Source of the DNA: Patescibacteria group bacterium
GTDB lineage: Bacteria; Patescibacteriota; Patescibacteriia; UBA2591; UBA6264
DNA: 32,000 nt
Assembly (NCBI GenBank): GCA_028713575.1
Contig: JAQTOB010000004.1
Location: forward strand, 30,001 to 62,000
Direction: 5' to 3'
The notes under the pieces are model-generated. The model ran no database searches, was not told where the DNA came from, and was given only the letters and a program-made list of their open reading frames with translations. The position numbers and the translations under genes are program-made. This document shows, in pieces, positions 6,652 through 14,653 of this stretch (position 1 is the stretch's first letter; each line of letters starts with the position of its first letter).

Positions 6652-7695
6652 ATGGGGCTTTTTGGTATAAGAAAAAATAAAAGTTTTTTGGGCATTGATA
6701 TTGGGTCAACCAGCATCAAGTTGGTTGAATTAGGCAAAGAAAACGGTTTGCCGGTTTTATTGACTTATGGTTATGCCGAGAGGGCGATGAGCGATATTGT
6801 TAACGGTGATGCCAAAGAAATTTTGAGTAAAGTGGCAGTTTTGCTTAAAAAGTTATATACGCAGGCCGGAGCGGACAGCTATCAGGCAGTCACGGCTTTG
6901 CCGAATTTTTCAGTTTTCAATTCCGTGATTACCCTGCCGATGATGAGCAAAAAAGAACTTGATTCTGCGATTCATTGGGAGGCAAAAAAATTTATTCCTA
7001 TGCCCATTGAAGAAGTAATTTTAGATTGGCGAATTATTGATGTTATTGATGTGGATAAAAAAAGAAAAAATTATCGCATTCTTTTAACCGCCGCGGCAAA
7101 AAATTTGGTTAAAAGATATGTGGAAATTTTTAAACAAGCCGACCTGCAACTTCTTTTTTTGGAAACAGAAGCTTTTGCCTTAGTTCGTTCCTTGCTTGGT
7201 AAATCGCAAGCCACTACCATGATTATTGACACCAGTGCCGTCACCACGGATATTATTATTATTGAAAAGGGCGTGCCCGCGCTTAATCGTAGCATTGATG
7301 TTGGCGGGATTACTATTTCTCAGGCCATTGCCAATGGATTGAGCATTGATTTTAAAAGAGCGGAGCAATTTAAAAGAGACATTGGGATGAGCGGTCCTTC
7401 AAAAATTTCCCGGGTGATTGAAGAAATTTTAAAACCAGTAGTTGATGAGATGAGTTATTCTTTAAGGCTTTATCAGGATCAATCGGGTAAAAAAGTGGAA
7501 CAAATTATTTTGTCTGGCGGTTCGGCTTATTTGCCGGATTTATCCGATTATTTTTCAAAAATTATGAATATACGCGTTATTGTCGGCAATCCTTGGGCCC
7601 GTATTTCTTTTAACCAAGAATTAAAGCCGGCCTTGGATGAAGTGGCTCCGCGTTTTGCCGTTGCCATTGGTTTGGCTTTAAGGGAAATTATTTAA
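6652..7695 (+). CDS. pilM: Type IV pilus assembly protein PilM (actin-like ATPase fold)
   Basis: 347 aa with the N-terminal GIDIGSTSIKLVEL motif, internal motifs IIDTSAVTTDIII and DVGG, a C-terminal ILSGGSAYLPDL, and a position at the head of the pil block. Confidence 0.85.
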   Translation: MGLFGIRKNKSFLGIDIGSTSIKLVELGKENGLPVLLTYGYAERAMSDIVNGDAKEILSKVAVLLKKLYTQAGADSYQAVTALPNFSVFNSVITLPMMSKKELDSAIHWEAKKFIPMPIEEVILDWRIIDVIDVDKKRKNYRILLTAAAKNLVKRYVEIFKQADLQLLFLETEAFALVRSLLGKSQATTMIIDTSAVTTDIIIIEKGVPALNRSIDVGGITISQAIANGLSIDFKRAEQFKRDIGMSGPSKISRVIEEILKPVVDEMSYSLRLYQDQSGKKVEQIILSGGSAYLPDLSDYFSKIMNIRVIVGNPWARISFNQELKPALDEVAPRFAVAIGLALREII

Positions 7696-7699
7696 TAAT

Positions 7700-8401
7700 A
7701 TGGATTTGCAAAAAGATTTGGGAAAAGATAATTCTTCCGATACGGTTAAAAAAACCGGCTTGTTTAAATCTCTTTTTAAAAAGAGAAAAACAGAAGAAAA
7801 GTTAAAAAAAGAATCGGTTTTGAAAAATCTTAAACAAACGTCGGATAACGGCGACTTGGGAATCAGCCTGATGCCGGCAAAGGCGATTATCATTCCCCGT
7901 ATTGTTCATTCAAGAAGTTTATTTTTAATCGCGGCCATTATTGTTATTATTAATATTTTTATCATTACTTGGCTTTATCTTGATTGGCATTTTGAAAAAA
8001 TAGAGAACGCGGTGGCAGAAATTGAAAGAGAAATTCAATTTATGAAAACGCAAAGTTTATCCTTGTTAAATGTCAGAGACGAGATAGCCGTTTTGGAAAA
8101 AAATGCCGCTCGGGCAGAAAGTATTTTAAACAATCATATTTATTGGACGAAATTTTTTAGTTTATTGGAAAAATATACTATATCGGATGTTTTTTTCAAT
8201 GATTTTACCGCCGACACAAGCGGCATTATTCGTTTAGATTCAGTTGGTCGTGACCTTATTTCCATTGCTAAACAATTTGTCATTTTTTCTCAAGCCCCGG
8301 ATTTTGTCAAACAAGTGGATGTTTCCGATGTGGTTAATACGGTAAACGGCATCAGAGCCACCTATACTTTAGTTTTAGAAGATAATGTATTTAAAAGGTA
8401 A
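7700..8401 (+). CDS. pilN: PilN-like pilus assembly membrane protein
   Basis: 233 aa. The ISLMP motif resembles the INLLP PilM-binding motif. It is followed by a single TM (LFLIAAIIVIINIFIITWLYL) and a coiled coil. The gene starts 5 nt after pilM. Confidence 0.55.
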   Translation: MDLQKDLGKDNSSDTVKKTGLFKSLFKKRKTEEKLKKESVLKNLKQTSDNGDLGISLMPAKAIIIPRIVHSRSLFLIAAIIVIINIFIITWLYLDWHFEKIENAVAEIEREIQFMKTQSLSLLNVRDEIAVLEKNAARAESILNNHIYWTKFFSLLEKYTISDVFFNDFTADTSGIIRLDSVGRDLISIAKQFVIFSQAPDFVKQVDVSDVVNTVNGIRATYTLVLEDNVFKR

Positions 8402-8587
8402 GATATGGCAACATTGTAATTAGAAATATTAAGATTAAAACAAACAAGATTAATTTTTCCTTATAAATTACAAATTTCTTCGTTCCTCACTCAAGAGCTG
8501 CACTTAGGAGATTTGTTCCTAAGTATTTCTGATGGGGGATGCACCCCATCAGTTTGCCCCTAACGTCAATTTTAAGTTGTATATTCC

Positions 8588-8623
8588 AATGTTAAGATGT
8601 TAGAATGTTAAAATGATTTTTGT
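8588..8623 (+). repeat. Second 8-bp-unit array, running into the start of the pilO-like gene
   Basis: The register is aatgttaa|gatgttag|aatgttaa|aatgattt|ttgt-ATG. It ends with the same AATGATTT unit as the pilM array. Confidence 0.7.
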
Positions 8624-9181
8624 ATGGCGCAAATAAAAAAAACAGAAACAAAAAAAACAAAACTATACAGAAATGTCATTATTAGATTTTATTGGTTAGT
8701 TATTCTTGTTATTTTTCTTTTAAGTTTTTCATTTGAATATTTTGTTATTATTAAGCCGAAAATCCAGCAGACAAAAAATAACGGACCACTGGATTTAGCC
8801 AGTCGTCAAGTCGTTTTAAATGAACAAAAAGATTATCTTGGAAAATTAAAGGTCTTAAAAAATGAAGCAGAGAACATTAATCGCGTTGAATTGGAAAAAA
8901 TAAATTATGTCTTGGCGGAAAAAATAAATGTTTCTGATATTTTAAAACAAATATCCATCATTTCTCAGCAACCAAAATTTAATCTGGAGGGTTTTAGCTA
9001 TAAATACGGAGAAGGCGTTTTAATCTTTAATTTTAATTTTGTCGGTGGGACTTATCAGGATGTAAAAAAATTCTTGGAAGAAATTGAAAAAAATATCCGC
9101 GTTATGGATGTTACCAATATCGCGATTAAAAACGCCGGCGACGGATTTTCTTTGGTTATAAAAAGTTATTATTTGGAATAA
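8624..9181 (+). CDS. pilO: PilO-like pilus assembly membrane protein
   Basis: 185 aa with an N-terminal TM (FYWLVILVIFLLSFSF), a coiled coil, then a small alpha/beta C-terminal domain. The call rests on position between pilN-like and pilB. Confidence 0.5.
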   Translation: MAQIKKTETKKTKLYRNVIIRFYWLVILVIFLLSFSFEYFVIIKPKIQQTKNNGPLDLASRQVVLNEQKDYLGKLKVLKNEAENINRVELEKINYVLAEKINVSDILKQISIISQQPKFNLEGFSYKYGEGVLIFNFNFVGGTYQDVKKFLEEIEKNIRVMDVTNIAIKNAGDGFSLVIKSYYLE

Positions 9182-9182
9182 T

Positions 9183-9485
9183 ATGGCCAAAATAGGGAAA
9201 CAATATCTATTTTTAACAACATTTTTCCTTTTGATTTTAGTTATTGGTTTTATTGTTTTTAAAAATAGCGATGTTTTTTTAACCCCGGAAATTGAGGTTT
9301 CCGGTTTTGAAAAACCGGCTTATTTAAGTCAGCCGATTCCTAAAATAGATAAAATAAAAACAATTGTTGATAATCCGAAATTTAAAGAATTGAAATACAT
9401 TAAAAGTTTTTTTGAGCCGGTGGAGACAACTGTTTCCGGCCGGATTAATCCTTTTATTCCTTTTATAAATTTGGAAGAGAAATAA
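9183..9485 (+). CDS. Small single-pass membrane protein in the pil operon (function unknown)
   Basis: 100 aa with one TM (YLFLTTFFLLILVIGFIVF). Tightly packed: it starts 2 nt after the pilO-like gene and ends 12 nt before pilB. Confidence 0.5.
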   Translation: MAKIGKQYLFLTTFFLLILVIGFIVFKNSDVFLTPEIEVSGFEKPAYLSQPIPKIDKIKTIVDNPKFKELKYIKSFFEPVETTVSGRINPFIPFINLEEK

Positions 9486-9497
9486 TTTTTATAAATT

Positions 9498-11246
9498 ATG
9501 GCCGGACAGACAGATAACAATATTGTGCGTTTTTTAGCCCAACACGGGAAGATTTCTCAGGAGCAATTTCAGGAGCTTATTGCTGAAGCTCAAGAAGTTA
9601 ATATCTCTGCGGATCGGCTTTTGGAAACAAAAAAAATTCTTTCAGAAGAAGATGTCGCTTGGGCCAAAAGTCAGCTTTATAATATTCCCATTGCTGATAT
9701 TTATGGTATGGTGGTGGACAGAAAAGTTTTAGAAATAATCCCCAAAGATGTGGCCGAAAATTATAATGTTGTCGCCTTTGCCAAAGAAAAAGATATTTTA
9801 AAAGTGGCGATTCTTGACCCGAGTAATTTTAAGGCGCGTGAAGCGGTGGAATTTGTCGCCCGAAGAAAAAATTTAAAAGTGGAATTATGTACCGCCGCCA
9901 CAACAGCCCTGAAAAATATTTTGGCTCAATATGGCGGTTTGTCCGCGGAGGTTGAAGAAGTGGTTGGCGCGGTTGAATCAAGATTTGCATCAGTGGGCCA
10001 AGAGAAGAAAATAACCGGCGAAATGGACATAGAAAAAGCGGGACAAGAAGCACCCATTGCCAAATTGGTCAGTTCTATTTTAAAATATGCCGTGGACAAC
10101 CAAGCCTCAGACATTCATATTGAGCCGCTTTTAGATAAAACCAGGGTGCGTTACCGCTTAGACGGCATTTTAAAAGAGACCGCTCTTTTGCCCGGGCACC
10201 TTCATTCTTCTATTATTTCCAGAATAAAAGTGATGGCCAATCTTAAACTTGATGAAACTAGAGTACCCCAAGACGGCCGTATCCGAATTATGGCTGCCAA
10301 CAGAAAAATAGACCTTCGTATTTCTGTTCTTCCTCTTTTTGACAAAGAAAAAGTGGTGATGAGAGTTTTAGACCCGATGCGCAGAGTTTTTGATTTAAAG
10401 GATTTGGGGCTTTGGGGGAATGCGCTGGAAGTGGTTAATAAAAATTTAACGCGGCCGCACGGATTAATTTTGATTACTGGACCGACTGGTTCTGGTAAAA
10501 CCACTACGATTTTCGCCGCCATGAAAATTCTTAATCAGCCGGCGGTTAATGTGGTGACCCTGGAAGACCCGATAGAATATTTTTTGTCCGGGGCCAACCA
10601 GTCGCAAGTTAAGCCAAACATTGGTTATACTTTTGCTTCGGGCTTGCGTTCAATTGTTCGGCAAGACCCGGACATTATTATGGTGGGCGAAATTCGCGAC
10701 ACGGAAACAGCTGAATTATCTACGCACGCAGCCTTGACCGGTCATGTTGTTTTGTCTACTCTGCACACCAATGATTCTTTTGGCGCGATTCCTCGTTTAA
10801 TTGATATGGGCATTGAACCGTTTTTAATTGCCTCTTCAATGAATTTGGTTATTGCTCAGCGTTTGGTTAGAAAAATTTGTCCTCATTGCGCCGAACAAGT
10901 TGAACCCTCGCCACAGATTGAAGAATCAATTGAACAAAGCCTAAAAGACACTAAGGACATTGATTTGGATTATTATCGGGATAAAAAAACTAATCATTTG
11001 AAATTTTATCGCGGGCGCGGCTGTTCTCGTTGCAACAATGAAGGTTATCGCGGTCGTTTAGCCATTTTTGAAGCCTTGGAAATAACTGACGAAATGAAAA
11101 AAATTATTACTAGCGGCTGTAGAATAGAAGAAGTTAAAAATGAATTTTGCCGGCAAAAAATGATTACCATGCTTCAAGACGGATATATCAAAGTTTTGCG
11201 CGGAGAAACGACCATTGAAGAAGTTTTAAGGGCCGCCAGAGAGTAA
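9498..11246 (+). CDS. pilB: Type IV pilus assembly ATPase PilB (GspE family)
   Basis: 582 aa with Walker A GPTGSGKTTT, Asp box and Walker B (IIMVGEIRD), His box (TGHVVLSTLHTND), the tetracysteine motif CPHC..CSRC, and a GspE-type N-terminal domain. Confidence 0.95.
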   Translation: MAGQTDNNIVRFLAQHGKISQEQFQELIAEAQEVNISADRLLETKKILSEEDVAWAKSQLYNIPIADIYGMVVDRKVLEIIPKDVAENYNVVAFAKEKDILKVAILDPSNFKAREAVEFVARRKNLKVELCTAATTALKNILAQYGGLSAEVEEVVGAVESRFASVGQEKKITGEMDIEKAGQEAPIAKLVSSILKYAVDNQASDIHIEPLLDKTRVRYRLDGILKETALLPGHLHSSIISRIKVMANLKLDETRVPQDGRIRIMAANRKIDLRISVLPLFDKEKVVMRVLDPMRRVFDLKDLGLWGNALEVVNKNLTRPHGLILITGPTGSGKTTTIFAAMKILNQPAVNVVTLEDPIEYFLSGANQSQVKPNIGYTFASGLRSIVRQDPDIIMVGEIRDTETAELSTHAALTGHVVLSTLHTNDSFGAIPRLIDMGIEPFLIASSMNLVIAQRLVRKICPHCAEQVEPSPQIEESIEQSLKDTKDIDLDYYRDKKTNHLKFYRGRGCSRCNNEGYRGRLAIFEALEITDEMKKIITSGCRIEEVKNEFCRQKMITMLQDGYIKVLRGETTIEEVLRAARE

Positions 11247-11402
11247 AGATTTTTCCCAAAAAGAGTTAGAATTATTACTGAAAGAATTGATAGAAATGAC
11301 CAAAGTGATTGCTTTAAATATTTTAACCTTAAAAGGTAAAAATAATTTTATATTTTAAATTGTCATTTTAATTTTTGAGATTTGCATTTTACGCTTAATT
11401 TT

Positions 11403-12476
11403 ATGTCTACTCAAAATGAAATTATTTTAAATCGTATTTGTCAAAATAGCGCCGAAAAAAGGGCCTCAGAAGTTTATTTATTGCCAGCTCAGCCACCCTT
11501 TGTCAGAATTGACGGAAAAATGGGAATTTTGGCCGGCGAAAGCATTATCACCGCTTCTTTTATCAACGATTTTTTTAAAAATATTCTTGATGAAAGAGAG
11601 CAGTCCGTTTTAGAAAAAGAAAAGCAGATTGAAGTGATAAAAAATATCGGGAAAATGGGGGAGTGCCAAATAGATATTTATTATCAAAAAAATTCTTTGG
11701 CTTGCCGTATAAAATTATTGGCCCAAGAAGTTATTGACTTGGAAAAACTTGGCTTGCCTAAAATGGTTACTCGTTTTGCGGACTTTTTTAAAGGCATTAT
11801 TTTTATTGCCGGACCGCGCGATTCAGGTCGTTCCACTTTGGCAAATTCTATTTTAAATCATATTAATAAAAATCAAGCTAAATTTATCGCCACCGTAGAA
11901 AAACCCATAAAATCAATTTTAATTGGAAGAAGAAGCGTAGTTGAACAAAGAGAAGTGGGGAAAGATGTTCTTTCTTTTTTGTCCGGTCTCCGTTATATTC
12001 GGCAAAGAAATGCTGATGTCGTTTTTGTTTCGCAAATAGATGACGCAGCGACAATGGATGAAATTTTTGCTATTGTTGAGGCCGGAAGCTTGGTTTTTGC
12101 CATTATGGATACGGAATCAGCCATTAAAACAATTAAAAGAATTTTGCATTTTTATCCTACTGACAAAGAAGAAACCGCCCGTTATTTTTTAAGTGAAAAT
12201 TTAGCCGGCATTGTTGTTTCCCGTCTGGTTCCTAAAATTGGTGGTGGCCGAATTAGGGCTTTGGAGGTTTTGGCCGGTACGCCGGCGGTTCGTTCAATTA
12301 TCGCCAGTGGACGCTTTCATCAATTAGCCGGTGTTATCCAGGCGACAGAAGACCAAACCTCTGTTTCTTTAGACCAATCCTTGGTTGACTTAGTCACTTC
12401 AGGGAAAGTGGTTTCTGAAGAAGCCATAAAACATTGCAACAACGAAGAAATTTTTAGGAATTTGTTGAGAAAATAA
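11403..12476 (+). CDS. PilT-family protein with degenerate ATPase motifs (likely non-catalytic paralog)
   Basis: PilT-like N-terminus (ASEVYLLPAQPPFVRIDGKM) and C-terminus (GTPAVRSIIASGRFHQL, LDQSLVDLV). The ATG at 11403 is preferred over the TTG at 11382. The motif changes are listed in the findings. Confidence 0.8.
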   Translation: MSTQNEIILNRICQNSAEKRASEVYLLPAQPPFVRIDGKMGILAGESIITASFINDFFKNILDEREQSVLEKEKQIEVIKNIGKMGECQIDIYYQKNSLACRIKLLAQEVIDLEKLGLPKMVTRFADFFKGIIFIAGPRDSGRSTLANSILNHINKNQAKFIATVEKPIKSILIGRRSVVEQREVGKDVLSFLSGLRYIRQRNADVVFVSQIDDAATMDEIFAIVEAGSLVFAIMDTESAIKTIKRILHFYPTDKEETARYFLSENLAGIVVSRLVPKIGGGRIRALEVLAGTPAVRSIIASGRFHQLAGVIQATEDQTSVSLDQSLVDLVTSGKVVSEEAIKHCNNEEIFRNLLRK

Positions 12477-12480
12477 AGAG

Positions 12481-13195
12481 ATAATTAGATAATTGGGGTC
12501 GGAGATAATTGGGGTCTGACCCCATGAGCATCCCTTCTGAGATAATTGGGGTCTGACCCCATGAGTATCCCTTCTAAAACATACATGATAATTGGGGTCT
12601 GATAATTGGGGTCTGACCCCATGAGCATCCCTTCTAAAACATACATCAATAAAGGATTATAGAACGAAAATTTCAATTTGGCGCGATTTTGATTGATTTC
12701 CAATAATTTTTTATCAAAACAACGATTTTTGACACTAATTTTGGGGTCTACACTAATTTTGGGGTCTGACCCCATGAGCATCCCCTCTAAAACATACATC
12801 AATAAAGGATTATAGAACGAAAATTTCAATTTGGTGTGATTTTGATTGATTTCCAATCACTAATTTTGGGGTCTGACCCCATGAGCATCCCTTCTAAAAC
12901 ATACATCAATAAAGGATTATAGAACGAAAATTTCAATTTGGTGTGATTTTGATTGATTTCCAATAATTTTTTATTAAAACAACGATTTTAATTGAAAATT
13001 GATAATTATTTAATTTACATTTAATCACTAATTTTGGGGTCTGACCCCATGAGTATCCCTTCTAAAACATACATCAATAAAGGATTATAGAACGAAAATT
13101 TCAATTTGGTGCGATTTTGATTGATTTCCAATAATTTTTTAACAAAACAACGATTTTAATTGAAAATTGATAATTATTTAATTTACATTTTGCAT
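12481..13195. repeat. Array of composite repeat units (GGGGTCTGACCCC hairpin, body, shared AT-rich module, tail) filling the pilT-pilC gap
   Basis: Long units start at 12601, 12751, 12858 and 13026 (107 to about 170 bp, near-identical). Head-only or truncated copies start at 12488, 12504, 12541, 12587 and 12733. Confidence 0.95.
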
Positions 13196-13230
13196 TTTGA
13201 TTTTTCAGTTTTGAATTTAGCGAAGCGCTT

Positions 13231-14442
13231 ATGTTATTTGAATATCAAGCGAAAAATTTAAAAGGAGAAACCATCACCGGAACAATTGAATCCATTAATC
13301 AGAACGCCGCCCTTGAGATGTTGGCGCGCCGGCAAATGATTATTATCTCCCTGAAAGAAACAAGCGCTTTGCCCATTTGGCGCCGGCCGATTAATCTGTC
13401 TTTTTTAGAAAGAGTAACCGGCAAAGATATGGTTTTTCTTTCCCGCCAATTATCCGTAATGGTTATGGCGGGCTTGCCTTTGGTTGAATCTTTGGAAATT
13501 TTGGCGCGCCAAACAAGCAAACCGGCCTTAAAAAAGATTGTGGAAAGCGTTGCGGAAAATGTTCGTGGCGGTTCAAGATTTTCCAGCGCTTTAGCAAAGT
13601 ATCCCAAAGTCTTCAACAATTTTTATATTAATATGGTGCGCGCCGGAGAAACCGCGGGCAAACTTGACGAAGTCTTAGATTATTTGGCCAATGAACAGGA
13701 AAAAAATTATGATTTAATGAGTAAAATTAGGGGGGCTATGATTTATCCGATTTTTGTTATTTCTGCGGTTATTGGCGTGATGATTTTGATGATGGTTTTT
13801 GTTGTCCCTCAATTAACTGACATTTTAAAGGAATCGGGCGTATCATTGCCCTTGCCAACCAAAATTCTTATTGCCACTAGCGATTTTTTAGAAAATTATA
13901 CTTTATTAATCGTTTTGTTCCTTGTGGTTTTTGTTGTCGCTTTCAGGTTTTTTTTAAAAAGTAAAGCGGGTCAGATGATTTGGGACAAAACGCTTTTAAA
14001 AATGCCGATTTTTGGTGTTCTTTTTAAACAAGTTTATTTAGTTCGTTTTACTCGCAGTCTTTCTACTTTGATTATTGGCGGTATTCCTTTAACCGCGGGA
14101 TTAAAAATTGTTTCCGAAGTGGTAAGTAATTATGTTTTTAAAGAAATAATCCTTGACGCGATTATTGACGTGGAAGAGGGACGTTCGGTCAGCAATGCTT
14201 TTCTTAATTCTTCAGCCGTGCCTAAAATGCTTCCCCATTTAATGGCGATTGGAGAAGAAACCGGCAAGCTTGACGAAGTTTTGGGGAAAATTGCTGATTT
14301 TTATTCTCGGGAAGTGGAAAACATTTTAAGCAAATTAGTCACTTTGCTTGAACCGATTATTCTTATTTTTTTAGGAGTAGTTGTTGGCGGCATGGTTGCT
14401 TCTATTATTTTGCCAATGTATAAACTTGCCACCGCCTTTTAA
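13231..14442 (+). CDS. pilC: Type IV pilus platform protein PilC (GspF family)
   Basis: 403 aa with two GspF repeats (FSRQLSVMVMAGLPLVESLEIL and FTRSLSTLIIGGIPLTAGLKIV), three TM regions, and the C-terminal ILPMYKL motif. Confidence 0.95.
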   Translation: MLFEYQAKNLKGETITGTIESINQNAALEMLARRQMIIISLKETSALPIWRRPINLSFLERVTGKDMVFLSRQLSVMVMAGLPLVESLEILARQTSKPALKKIVESVAENVRGGSRFSSALAKYPKVFNNFYINMVRAGETAGKLDEVLDYLANEQEKNYDLMSKIRGAMIYPIFVISAVIGVMILMMVFVVPQLTDILKESGVSLPLPTKILIATSDFLENYTLLIVLFLVVFVVAFRFFLKSKAGQMIWDKTLLKMPIFGVLFKQVYLVRFTRSLSTLIIGGIPLTAGLKIVSEVVSNYVFKEIILDAIIDVEEGRSVSNAFLNSSAVPKMLPHLMAIGEETGKLDEVLGKIADFYSREVENILSKLVTLLEPIILIFLGVVVGGMVASIILPMYKLATAF

Positions 14443-14521
14443 TGCATTTTCCCTTAATGAAGTTTTTTTTGATGAGTTTTGATGAGGTGCGTTCCCATCA
14501 AGGGCGGGGAAAGTAAAATTT

Positions 14522-14596
14522 GGGCGCTTGGCTCAGTGGTAGAGCGTTTGCTTCACATGCAAAAGGCCACAGGTTCAAATCCTGTAGCGCCCACCA
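14522..14596 (+). tRNA. tRNA-Val (anticodon CAC), CCA encoded
   Basis: Hand fold gives GGGCGCT/AGCGCCC (acceptor), GCTC/GAGC (D stem), TTTGC-TTCACAT-GCAAA (anticodon arm) and ACAGG-TTCAAAT-CCTGT (T arm), followed by discriminator A and CCA. Confidence 0.9.
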
Positions 14597-14653
14597 GTAT
14601 TAAAATATTTTAAAAATAGGTCGACACTTTAATAATTTTTTAACTTAAACATT

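Noticed and set aside
12485-12856. 123-aa minus-strand ORF (MEINQNHTKLKFSFYNPLLMYVLEGMLMGSDP...) across the repeat array.
   Set aside because: It is generated by reading through tandem repeat units, so the peptide itself is periodic. It starts at a TTG with no ribosome-binding site, and the frame closes where the unit structure changes. It is treated as a repeat artefact.
12481-13195. Possible CRISPR array, since it shows a regularly recurring GC-rich palindromic repeat.
   Set aside because: The sequences between the palindromes are themselves repeated rather than unique spacers. Spacing is irregular (36, 46, 60, 107, ~168 bp). Truncated repeats occur, and no cas genes are present in the window.
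14468-14520. Hammerhead-like core (two tgatgag motifs and a downstream GAAA) just upstream of tRNA-Val.
   Set aside because: The core would need CUGAUGA, but the sequence has UUGAUGA. The segment between the GAUGAG and GAAA motifs cannot form a closed stem II, because GGG rather than a complement precedes GAAA.
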